Positions 30,809 to 39,201 of a DNA stretch of 64,000 nucleotides are shown here, one piece after another (position 1 is the stretch's first letter; each line of letters begins with the position of its first letter). The notes under the pieces are model-generated. The model saw only the letters and a program-made list of their open reading frames with translations, was not told the DNA's origin and did not search any database. This DNA comes from an uncultured Chloroflexia bacterium (lineage in GTDB: Bacteria; Chloroflexota; Limnocylindria; Limnocylindrales; CSP1-4): assembly GCA_963828165.1 (NCBI GenBank), contig CAWHDR010000001.1:1376001-1440000 (forward strand), given 5' to 3'. A program made the translations under genes and the position numbers.

Positions 30809-32166
30809 CCAGCTCGTTCCGCGTCATCGAGGGCGGCCGCACGGGTGAGCTCACCCCGGGCTTCCTCGTCGTCGGCGCCTCGGAGGTCGTCACGCTGGAC
30901 GGCGGCGTACGGCGCGGCCCTGGACAAGGCGAGGTAGGGCGCCTCGTGGCGGACGATCCAGCGGGGCCCGAAGCGCCGTCCGTCGCGGGCTGGGAGGGTC
31001 GGATCGTTGCGGTTGGGCCACGCGCGGCGGTCGAGGCTGCGCTGGAAGCGGAGGGCTTGCCGCTCGGTCGGTTCGCCCGGATCGACGCGGCGGGAGGGGC
31101 GGTCACTCCCGGGCTCATCGACCCGCACACGCACCTGCTGTTCGCCGGGTCGCGCGAACACGAGCTCGTGCTGCGTCAGGAAGGCGCGTCGTATCTCGAC
31201 ATCCTGGCGGCGGGCGGCGGGATCCTGTCCACGGTCGCCGCGACCCGCGCTGCCTCGGAGGGCGAGCTGCTGGCCCACGGACGCCGATGGCTCGATGAGA
31301 TGCTCGGCCATGGCGTGACCACGATCGAGGCGAAGTCCGGTTACGGGCTCGATCTCGAGACCGAGCTGCGCCTGGTCGACATCGCGCACCGGCTGGGTCG
31401 CGAAGGGCCGATCGATGTCGTGCCGACTTGGCTGGGTGCCCACGCCGTGCCGCCCGAGTTCCGGTCGCGCCCGGACGGGACCGAAGCGTACGTGCGCTCG
31501 GTGATCGACGAGCAGCTCCCTGGGATCGCCGCCCACGGTCGGGCACGCTTCGCCGACGTGTTCTGCGAGACCGGGGTGTTCACGCCGGATCAGTCGCGCC
31601 GGGTCCTCGAGGCAGCCCGGGGGTTCGGCCTGGAGCCCCGGCTCCACGCCGACGAACTGGCACCTTCCGGCGGAGCGGAGCTGGCCGCCGAGCTCAACGC
31701 CGCCTCGGCCGACCACATGGCCACGCCGTCGAAGGCGGGCATCCGCGCGATGGCCGCGGCGGCCGAGGCCGGAAATCCGGTGGTGGCGACCTTGCTTCCG
31801 ATCACGACCTGGTTCCTCATGAAGGATCACCACGCCCCGGCCCGCGCATTCGTCGACGCCGGCGTGCCCGTGGCGATCGGCACGGACTTCAACCCCGGGA
31901 CCTCACCGGCACCGAACCTCGCGTTGGCCATGTCGTTCGCGTGCGTGAACCTGGGCCTGTCGCCGGACGAGGCCCTCTCGGCCGTCACGATCAACGCGGC
32001 CCGCGCCCTGTCGCTCGAGGACGAGATCGGCTCCCTCGAGCCCGGCAAGGCGGCCGACCTCGTCATCTGGCGGGTGCCGACGACGGCGCAGATCCCGTAC
32101 TACCCGGGCGCGGACCTCGTGCGGACCGTCATCAAGCGCGGTCGGGTGGTCCTCGACCGACCGTGA
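30805..32166 (+). CDS. hutI: Imidazolonepropionase
   Basis: PGLIDPHTH, GGGILSTV, EAKSGYGL, DVFCE, TDFNPG. Confidence 0.96.
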   Translation: MTSSFRVIEGGRTGELTPGFLVVGASEVVTLDGGVRRGPGQGEVGRLVADDPAGPEAPSVAGWEGRIVAVGPRAAVEAALEAEGLPLGRFARIDAAGGAVTPGLIDPHTHLLFAGSREHELVLRQEGASYLDILAAGGGILSTVAATRAASEGELLAHGRRWLDEMLGHGVTTIEAKSGYGLDLETELRLVDIAHRLGREGPIDVVPTWLGAHAVPPEFRSRPDGTEAYVRSVIDEQLPGIAAHGRARFADVFCETGVFTPDQSRRVLEAARGFGLEPRLHADELAPSGGAELAAELNAASADHMATPSKAGIRAMAAAAEAGNPVVATLLPITTWFLMKDHHAPARAFVDAGVPVAIGTDFNPGTSPAPNLALAMSFACVNLGLSPDEALSAVTINAARALSLEDEIGSLEPGKAADLVIWRVPTTAQIPYYPGADLVRTVIKRGRVVLDRP

Positions 32167-32213
32167 CGCGACGGTGAGCCGCGGTGGAGGCCGCTGTGCG
32201 AGAATCGTCTGGC

Positions 32214-32888
32214 ATGGAGATGACGTGGTACGGCCGGACCTGTGTCCGGTTGCGTGGCAAGGACGCGGTCGTCGTGGCGGATCCGTATCAGGCGGTGGTC
32301 GGCCCGACCGGGCGGGGTATCACCGGCGACATCGTGACCTTCAGCCACCCCGATGACGCCCCGCTCGCCAAGGCGAAGGGCAAGACCTCGCGCGATGGCA
32401 AGACGCGGCTGCCATCCAGTCTCGACGACGCTTTCGTCCTCGACGGGCCTGGGGAATACGAGGTCAAGCAGGTACTGATGACGGGGATCCGCACCTACCG
32501 CGACGACGTCCGCGGGGCGACGAAGGGAAAGAGCGTCTCCTTCGCCGTCGAGATCGACGGCGTGCACACGATCCACCTCGGTGACATCGGGCACCTGCTG
32601 TCGGAGGAGAAGCTCGGCGATATCGGGTCGATCGACATCGCCTGCGTCCCGCTTGGCGGGGAGCTCAGCCCGGTCAGCGCCGCGGCGCTCGTCGCCCAGC
32701 TGGACCCACGGATCGTGGTGCCCATGCCCCTGTGCGACAACGAGGCGGACTGTGCCGAGGTCCTCGCCAGGTTCTTCCACGAGATGGGCGCCGAGCCGGT
32801 GACCCAGCCGAAGCTGTCGGTCACCTCCTCGAGTCTCCCGGTCGAGACGACGACGGTCCTCCTCGAGGCGCGCGGCAAGCAGGTCTGA
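32214..32888 (+). CDS. MBL-fold metallo-hydrolase-like protein (degenerate metal site)
   Basis: MEMTWYG..C, DPY, GPGEYEV, IHLGDIGH, IVVPM; HxHxDH replaced by SHPDD. Confidence 0.85.
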   Translation: MEMTWYGRTCVRLRGKDAVVVADPYQAVVGPTGRGITGDIVTFSHPDDAPLAKAKGKTSRDGKTRLPSSLDDAFVLDGPGEYEVKQVLMTGIRTYRDDVRGATKGKSVSFAVEIDGVHTIHLGDIGHLLSEEKLGDIGSIDIACVPLGGELSPVSAAALVAQLDPRIVVPMPLCDNEADCAEVLARFFHEMGAEPVTQPKLSVTSSSLPVETTTVLLEARGKQV

Positions 32889-32917
32889 GACGCGCGCGTC
32901 CGAGTCCGGCGGACATG

Positions 32918-32993
32918 GAAAGACCGGAGGCGCCTGCCCAATCGGCGCCCCCGGTCGGAGGGAGGGAGGATGGAACCTCTCGGTTCTGTCCGC
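32918..32993 (-). ncRNA. Candidate small RNA with anti-SD C-rich tract and intrinsic terminator
   Basis: -10 TAGCGT (33004-32999), -35-like TCGACC 16 bp upstream; GAACC-GAGA-GGTTC hairpin; CATCCTCCCTCCCTCC; 13-bp stem then TTT; both flanking CDSs are on the + strand. Confidence 0.6.
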
Positions 32994-33100
32994 TGCCTAC
33001 GCTACGGGTCGGTGATTCACGGTCGAGCCGCCAAGCGATTAAGAAAGCGACATCGACCCCCGGATCTGACCGCCACCGAGCCCGTGCCACAATCCCGCCC

Positions 33101-34366
33101 ATGACCCTCCATGCCCCCAGGCGTCCGCTTGCACTGCTCGCCGCGGCCGCCCTGTTCTTCGCGGCCTGCGATCCGGCCGTGCCCAGCGCCACGCCGACGG
33201 CCAGCCTGTCCGCATCGCCGCAGAGTGCTCCTCCGAGCGCGGTCTCGAGCGCCGCGACGGACGCCATCTACGACACCATCGAGACCCAGGTCCTGGAATT
33301 GCGCGGCCTGAAAGCGGTGGACGTCAAGCGCGAGACCATCGATGAGGAGGCGCTCAAGGCGTTCAACGTCGAGTCGTTCGACGAGGACAACCCGCCGGAC
33401 TACGTCGCCGCCAGCGAGCAGCTGTACAAGGCCTTCGGCCTGATGCAGCCGGAGCAGTCCCTCAGGCAACTGTTCCTCGACCTGATCGACAGCCAGGTCG
33501 CCGGCTTCTACAAGCCGGACGACAAGGCCCTGTACGTCGTCTCGCGAACCGGCACCATCACCGGCGCCGACAAGATCACGTTCGCGCACGAATACGACCA
33601 CGCGTTGCAGGACGCGAGCTTCACGGTGTTCGCGGATCAGAAGGACCTGCTCGACGAGACGGATCGAGCCCTCGCGCGCGCGGCCGTCTACGAAGGGGAC
33701 GCGACGCTGCTCATGGTGCTGTGGGCAGGAGGCAACCTGACCCCCGAGGAGTTCGCCGACGTGCAGGCGGCCGGGGCCGATCCGGAGTCGATGGCGGTCC
33801 TCGCCCGAACCCCCGCGATCCTCGTCGAAAGCCTGCTCTTCCCGTACACGGCCGGCCAGGCCTTCATCCTTCCGGTCCAGACGGCTGGCGGCTGGACCGC
33901 CGTGAACGCCATCTACGACGAGCTGCCTCGCTCGACCGAGCAGATCCTCCACCCCGACAAATATCGAGCGGGCGAGGAGCCGGTCGCGGTCAAGCTGCCG
34001 GCGACGCTCGCGACCGAGATGGGCGACGGCTGGACCGAAGCGATCCAGGACACGTTCGGCGAATTCCAGCTCGGCGTGTGGCTGCGCCAGTCGGGGATCG
34101 CCGCCGGCGACGCGTCCGCCGCGGCCGCCGGATGGGGTGGCGATCGCCTGGCCGTGCTCGATGGTCCGGGTGAGGACTGGGCGGTCGTGATGCGCTCGAG
34201 CTGGGACACCGATGAGGACGCCACGGCCTTCCGGCAAGCGGCCGGTGACGCCGTCACGGGCGTGCCGCACCCGGGCACCGTCATCGCCGATGGCCGTGAC
34301 GTCACGGTCGTCTTCGCCGCAGCCGACGACATCCTCGACCGCGCGGTCGAGGCGGCCGGCTACTAG
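33101..34366 (+). CDS. Lipoprotein, putative zinc metallopeptidase
   Basis: Lipobox FAAC; VAGFY, FAHEYDHALQD (HExxH), EGDA, FPY..G, STEQILHP, GWGGDR. Confidence 0.85.
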   Translation: MTLHAPRRPLALLAAAALFFAACDPAVPSATPTASLSASPQSAPPSAVSSAATDAIYDTIETQVLELRGLKAVDVKRETIDEEALKAFNVESFDEDNPPDYVAASEQLYKAFGLMQPEQSLRQLFLDLIDSQVAGFYKPDDKALYVVSRTGTITGADKITFAHEYDHALQDASFTVFADQKDLLDETDRALARAAVYEGDATLLMVLWAGGNLTPEEFADVQAAGADPESMAVLARTPAILVESLLFPYTAGQAFILPVQTAGGWTAVNAIYDELPRSTEQILHPDKYRAGEEPVAVKLPATLATEMGDGWTEAIQDTFGEFQLGVWLRQSGIAAGDASAAAAGWGGDRLAVLDGPGEDWAVVMRSSWDTDEDATAFRQAAGDAVTGVPHPGTVIADGRDVTVVFAAADDILDRAVEAAGY

Positions 34367-34392
34367 CCGAACCGTCTGCCCTCTGCCGCCGC

Positions 34393-36111
34393 CTACATCG
34401 ACTCGGGCGCGGAGATCCCCAGGAGCCCCAGCGTCCGCGCGAGCGTGACCTGGGCGGCCCGTGCGAGCGCGAGCCTTGCCACGGAGCGCTCCGGCTCGTC
34501 GGGATCGACCACGCGGGCGTCGCGGTAGAAGGCATGGAAGGCGGTCGCGAGCTCGATTGCGTAGGCGGTGACGCCCTGGGTCTCTTCCCCGACGACCGCG
34601 TCCTCCACGACCTCGGGGAAGCGAACGATCGCGCGCGCGAGCGCGGCCTCCGGCCCTCCCCCGAGCGTGCCGGCCACCGATGACGCCGGCGCCATGCCCG
34701 CGTCGGAGGCCTTGCGCAGGATCGAGGCGATCCGGGCGTGGGCGTATTGGACGTAGTAGACGGGCAGCTTGCTGGCCTCCTCGTGGTCGCCTCGCTCCAG
34801 GGCTTCGCGCAGGCCGCGCATCTGCTCGATGTCGAAGTCGATGCTGGTCGTCGCCGCGCGCGAGGCGAAGAACCAGCGTGCGGCATCCACCCCGACCTCG
34901 GCCAGGAGCTCGTCGAGCGTGATGAACGCGCCGGCTCGCTTCGACATCGACACGTCTTCGCCGTTGCGCACGAAGCGCACCCAGGCATAGAGGAGCATCT
35001 GCACCCTCGTGGGGTCGTAGCCCATCGCCTGGGCGGCGTTGCGGACACGCGCGACGGTGCCGTGGTGATCGGCCCCCCAGACGTAGATCACGTGATCGAA
35101 GCCACGGCTGAACTTCTCGGTCACGTAGCCGATGTCGGCCGCGAAGTACGTCGGCTCGCCGTTCGATCGGATGATCACCCGGTCCTTGTCGTCGCCGAAG
35201 GCGGTGGACCTGAACCAGATCGCGCCGTCCCCCTCGAACACATGCCCGTTCTCGCGCAGGCGCTCGACCGCACGTTCGACCCAGCCCTCGTCATGTAACG
35301 AGGCCTCGGTCTTCCAGACATCGAACCGGACACCGAGTTGCGCCAGGCTTGCCTCGATGCCCTGCCGCACGATGCCCGCGGCCCAATGGCCGATGATCGA
35401 CGGCGCGTCCGCGTCCGCCGCGTTCGCGGCTTCCCAGATCTCAGGCGGCACCTTCGGAACAAGATCGTCGACGTACGCGCCGTGATAGCCATCCTCGGGC
35501 ACCCGCTCGCCCTGTTTGAGCGCGACGATCGATGCGCCGAGGTTGGGAATCTGCCCTCCGACGTCGTTGAAGTAGTACTCGCGTGTCACGTCCTGGCCCC
35601 CGGCCTCGAGGACACGGCTCAGGAGGTCTCCGATGAACGCGCCGCGCGCGTTCCCGATCGTCAGCGGCCCGGTCGGGTTGGCCGACACGAACTCCACATT
35701 GACCTTGCGTGGCCCGGTCGGGCTCACCCGTCCCCAGGCATCGGGCGCATCGAGGATGCCGTCGATCATGGCCGCCAGGGCGTCGGGCCGCAGCCGGATG
35801 TTCATGAAGCCGGGCTTGGCGACCTCGACCGCTTCGATCGGGGAGTCGGAGCCTGTTTCCCCGGCGTCACGAACGAGCTTTGCGGCCAGGAGCGTGGCGA
35901 GCTCGAGCGGCGAGCGCTGATATGGCCGCGCGAGCTTCATGGCGAGGTTGCTGGCGAGATCGCCGTGCGCCGGGTTGGCCGGGCGCTCCACCTCGATCGA
36001 GGGACTTGGGACACCCTCGGACAGAGGCGGCAGGGCGCCGGACTCGATCGCGGCGGCCCACGCGCGCTCCAACGCGGCGCGGACCTGGCTGCGCAGCGGA
36101 GCGGGGATCAA
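34393..36111 (-). CDS. argS: Arginine--tRNA ligase
   Basis: HGDLASN, EFVSANPTGPL, GADHHG, MSKRAG, YYVQYAHARI, C-terminal LGISAPESM; TTG start with GGAGG RBS. Confidence 0.96.
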   Translation of the reverse strand: MIPAPLRSQVRAALERAWAAAIESGALPPLSEGVPSPSIEVERPANPAHGDLASNLAMKLARPYQRSPLELATLLAAKLVRDAGETGSDSPIEAVEVAKPGFMNIRLRPDALAAMIDGILDAPDAWGRVSPTGPRKVNVEFVSANPTGPLTIGNARGAFIGDLLSRVLEAGGQDVTREYYFNDVGGQIPNLGASIVALKQGERVPEDGYHGAYVDDLVPKVPPEIWEAANAADADAPSIIGHWAAGIVRQGIEASLAQLGVRFDVWKTEASLHDEGWVERAVERLRENGHVFEGDGAIWFRSTAFGDDKDRVIIRSNGEPTYFAADIGYVTEKFSRGFDHVIYVWGADHHGTVARVRNAAQAMGYDPTRVQMLLYAWVRFVRNGEDVSMSKRAGAFITLDELLAEVGVDAARWFFASRAATTSIDFDIEQMRGLREALERGDHEEASKLPVYYVQYAHARIASILRKASDAGMAPASSVAGTLGGGPEAALARAIVRFPEVVEDAVVGEETQGVTAYAIELATAFHAFYRDARVVDPDEPERSVARLALARAAQVTLARTLGLLGISAPESM

Positions 36112-36200
36112 GGGGGCGTGTCCTCCGGGTGATGGGTGGGCGCCCCAATCGTACCGGGGCAGCCCGGTGCCTGGAGTACCAGGGCTCCCAGGACCCTGAT

Positions 36201-36402
36201 GGTGCGTGGACGCACCGGTTTCCGGCCACGCTGGGCGGAGGCTGATAGTCCGGTTGGGTCCCGACCATCCGTCGGTACTAGACCGAGGGGTACCTGCCGT
36301 GCAACTATCGGTCCACGTCGTTCCGGTGAACGGACGTTCAGGAAAGCCACCGGAAGGCAGCACTCATTTCATCCGAGGCCATCGCGCCTCTGTTCGGGGA
36401 CC
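36201..36402 (+). promoter_or_regulatory. Conserved upstream module of surface protein 1
   Basis: GGTGCG-N4-CGCACC 36201; GGTACTAGAC 36274; TGC-AACTAT extended -10 at 36300-36308; GAGGC..GCCTC hairpin and GGGGACC before ATG; same layout upstream of 38265. Confidence 0.55.
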
Positions 36403-36407
36403 ATCAC

Positions 36408-37901
36408 ATGTTGTACTCGCGATCTCGCACGCGCCACCGCCTTGCCCGACGCCTGTCGTGGCTTGTCATCGCCTCGCTCACATCCGTGGCGCTGTTCGCG
36501 CCCGGCACCCTTTCGGTGTCGGCTGCCTCGGTCGCCCCGATCTACCTGCCCGCCGACATCGATGGCGACGGCAAGAACGACAGCAACCCGACCTGTGCGG
36601 ACCTCGACGGTCTGTACGGCGGCACCCAGACCTGGGCCGAGCTCGAGAAGATCAACGGGATGCCGGCCAACGGCACGTACGGTGAGATCACGATCTCCGG
36701 CGTCGCGGGCCAGACCTTCAGCTGGAGCTCGACCGTCGGTGTTGACGCCGTCCTGGTCAAGGCCGGCAGCGACAACCACGCGCTCTACGTCTATGCGCCC
36801 ACCGCCGGGTCAGCCGAGTGGTTCAGCGATACGAACCTGACGCATGGCCCGAGCCAGCAGGGCACGAGCCACGTGACCTTCTGCTACGACACCTCGAACC
36901 CGCGGCCGACCGAGGCTCCGACCAACCCGCCGACCGAGGCCCCGACGGAAGCCCCGACGGAAGCCCCCACGGAAGCCCCCACGGAAGCCCCCACGGAAGC
37001 CCCCACGGAAGCCCCCACGGAAGCCCCCACGGAAGCCCCGACTGAGGCTCCGACTGAGGCTCCGACGGAAGCCCCGACGGAAGCCCCGACTGAGGCACCG
37101 ACGGAAGCTCCGACTGAGGCGCCGACCGAGGCGCCCACGGAAGCTCCGACCGAGGCCCCCACGGAAGCTCCGACCGAGGCCCCCACGGACGCTCCGACCG
37201 AGGCTCCGACCGAGGCCCCCACGGAGGCTCCGACCGAGGCCCCCACGGAAGCTCCGACCGAGGCCCCCACGGAAGCTCCGACCGAGGCTCCGAACGAAGC
37301 CAGCATCCTGATCGCGAAGCTCGACAGCCGCGGCACGGATACGTCCGAAGATGACGTCCTCCTTGACGGCGCTTCCTTCGAGGTCTATCTCGACGACGGC
37401 GACGCGGCATTCGACGACGGTGACGAGCTCGTGTTCGGCGCCGCGGCGACCTCCGAAGGCATGCTGGACACTGACCTGCTCCAGGCGGGCTGGTACTGGA
37501 TCGTCGAAGTCGTGGTGCCCGAGGGCTACACCGGAAGCGACCCGATCCTGGTCGAGCTCAATACCGATCCGTCCATCACCTGCATCTGGGACTCGCACGG
37601 CCTGATCGAGTGCGAGGACAGCGAGGGCAACGTCGACGACCTGAGCTGGACGATCGTCCTCGTGGACAACACGCCCGTCTCGGCTCCGACCGAAGCTCCG
37701 ACCGGTGGCGTCGGTGGCGCAACGGGTACGCCGGGCGCCGGTGTCACCCTTCCGCCGACCGACACGCTGTCCGGTGGACCAGAAGGCCTGGCCGGCGACG
37801 GCTGGCGCCTCATCCTCCTCGCCATGGCCGGTCTCATGGCCGCCGCCCTCCTCGTGACCCCGGCAACGGTCGTGGTCCGGCGGGACGACAAGCTCGACTG
37901 A
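36408..37901 (+). CDS. Cell-surface protein: uncharacterised N-domain, PT-repeat stalk, prealbumin/SpaA-like domain, LPPTD-type C-terminal signal
   Basis: Signal peptide; VLVKAG...SHVTFC domain; PTEA repeats; LDGASFEVY...GWYWIVEVVVPEGY; TLPPTDTL-TM-RR. Confidence 0.88.
   Translation: MLYSRSRTRHRLARRLSWLVIASLTSVALFAPGTLSVSAASVAPIYLPADIDGDGKNDSNPTCADLDGLYGGTQTWAELEKINGMPANGTYGEITISGVAGQTFSWSSTVGVDAVLVKAGSDNHALYVYAPTAGSAEWFSDTNLTHGPSQQGTSHVTFCYDTSNPRPTEAPTNPPTEAPTEAPTEAPTEAPTEAPTEAPTEAPTEAPTEAPTEAPTEAPTEAPTEAPTEAPTEAPTEAPTEAPTEAPTEAPTEAPTEAPTDAPTEAPTEAPTEAPTEAPTEAPTEAPTEAPTEAPNEASILIAKLDSRGTDTSEDDVLLDGASFEVYLDDGDAAFDDGDELVFGAAATSEGMLDTDLLQAGWYWIVEVVVPEGYTGSDPILVELNTDPSITCIWDSHGLIECEDSEGNVDDLSWTIVLVDNTPVSAPTEAPTGGVGGATGTPGAGVTLPPTDTLSGGPEGLAGDGWRLILLAMAGLMAAALLVTPATVVVRRDDKLD
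36906..37289 (+). repeat. 12-bp coding tandem repeat, 32 units (mostly PTEA)
   Basis: CCSACNGARGCN units spanning 384 bp. Confidence 0.95.
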
Positions 37902-37943
37902 CCTCCAAGGTGCGCTCACGCGCATCCGCAGTCCCCGAACACC

Positions 37944-37984
37944 GACGGCCGTCGGGTCCCGAAAGGGCCCGGCGGTCGTTCTTT
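37944..37984 (+). terminator. Intrinsic terminator
   Basis: Long GC stem with GAAA loop followed by TTCTTT. Confidence 0.8.
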
Positions 37985-38077
37985 GATGCCCGTCGCGGTC
38001 CCAGGCCGACGATGTCCGCGGATTGACGGCATCACGGTCAGCGCGATGACCGGTCGTGCATGATCGGGGCGGGGGTT

Positions 38078-38258
38078 GTTGCGGGTTCGCACCGAAATAG
38101 GACCGATGGCTGGCCTGGTGGGCGTTTTGATAGGAGATAGGTACTAGACGGCCGCCTCGGGGCGTGCCACCATCCGCCACCTCGACGTGTCGGTCCTGGG
38201 GGGACCGGGCGGTCGGCATCAATCGAATCGAGGCGTTCCGCCTCCTCGTGTGGGGACC
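38078..38258 (+). promoter_or_regulatory. Conserved upstream module of surface protein 2
   Basis: GTTGCG-N4-CGCACC 38078; GGTACTAGAC 38140; TAGACG-17 bp-CACCAT with TG extension; GAGGC..GCCTC hairpin; GGGGACC. Confidence 0.55.
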
Positions 38259-38264
38259 TATCGA

Positions 38265-39128
38265 ATGAATCCTGTTTCGCGTCAACGCACCTGGCTGGCA
38301 CGTCGGCTCGGATGGTTCGCCGTCGCCGGATTGGTGGCCGCCTCCTTCGCCCCGTCCGCATTCGCCGCGACGGTCATCACCCACCCCACCGGCAATCCGG
38401 ATTGCGGGGATCTGGGCTATTCGCTGACCTTCAAGATCGACACCGGCGATCTCGAGGAGCGCACCTACGAGTGGGATGAGGGCAACCCCGTCGACTCCGA
38501 CTGGGACGGCCAGTCCATCACGATCTCCGACCTCTCGGACGACGGCCAGACGTTCAGCTGGACGTCGACCCTCCCGGTCTCGGCGGTCCTGGTGAAGGCC
38601 GGCACCGACAACCACAATCTGTACTCCTACAACCCGCCAGTCCTGGGTGACGACGGCCTCACGCACGGGGATGACCAGCAGGGCATCAGCCATGTGTCGT
38701 TCTGCGGAAACCCACCCCCGGAGCCCACGGAGGCACCGACCGAGGCTCCGACGAACCCGCCGACCGACGCGCCGACCGACGCCCCGACCGACGCCCCGAC
38801 CAACCCGCCGACCGAGGCTCCGACGGAAGCGCCGACTGAGGCTCCGACGGAAGCTCCGACCGAGGCTCCGACCGAGGCCCCGACGGAGGCTCCGACCGAG
38901 GCCCCGACGGAGGCTCCGACCGAGGCCCCGACCGGTGGCGTTGGTGGTGCGACGGGCACGCCGGCGGGCGCAACGACCGGAACAACGTTGCCGCCGACCG
39001 ACACGCTTGGTGATCCGGCCAAGGCCCCCGGCAACGATGCCTGGAGGCTCGTCCTCCTGGCTCTCGCCGGCACCCTTGCCGGAGCCCTCCTGCTGACCCC
39101 GGCCCGCTCCGTCCGCAAGGACCGCTGA
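38265..39128 (+). CDS. Cell-surface protein, paralog of 36408 without the SpaA-like domain
   Basis: Signal peptide ending AFA; NPDC...GQTFSW...VLVKAG...ISHVSFC; PTEA repeats; TLPPTDTL-TM-RKDR. Confidence 0.88.
   Translation: MNPVSRQRTWLARRLGWFAVAGLVAASFAPSAFAATVITHPTGNPDCGDLGYSLTFKIDTGDLEERTYEWDEGNPVDSDWDGQSITISDLSDDGQTFSWTSTLPVSAVLVKAGTDNHNLYSYNPPVLGDDGLTHGDDQQGISHVSFCGNPPPEPTEAPTEAPTNPPTDAPTDAPTDAPTNPPTEAPTEAPTEAPTEAPTEAPTEAPTEAPTEAPTEAPTEAPTGGVGGATGTPAGATTGTTLPPTDTLGDPAKAPGNDAWRLVLLALAGTLAGALLLTPARSVRKDR
38724..38927 (+). repeat. 12-bp coding tandem repeat, 17 units (PTEA/PTDA/PTNP)
   Basis: 204 bp of 12-mer units. Confidence 0.95.
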
Positions 39129-39161
39129 CCGGAGGTGCGCAGGGCGCACCGATCGAACGAC

Positions 39162-39201
39162 GAGAGACCGCCGGATCCCCACGGACCGGCGGTCTCTCTT
39201 T
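39162..39201 (+). terminator. Intrinsic terminator
   Basis: GAGAGACCGCCGG...CCGGCGGTCTCTC followed by TTT. Confidence 0.85.

Noticed and set aside
32970-33104. 44-codon plus-strand ORF after the GGAGG run
   Set aside because: Atypical codon usage, overlaps the promoter of the 33101 gene, and does not explain the minus-facing terminator; kept only as the alternative to the sRNA.
36112-36300. T-box leader for argS
   Set aside because: No GGTGGNACC T-box sequence or terminator/antiterminator on the minus strand; a TACGAT -10 lies close to the RBS.
36906-38927. Tandem repeats as a CRISPR array
   Set aside because: 12-bp in-frame coding units with synonymous variation, no unique spacers and no cas genes.
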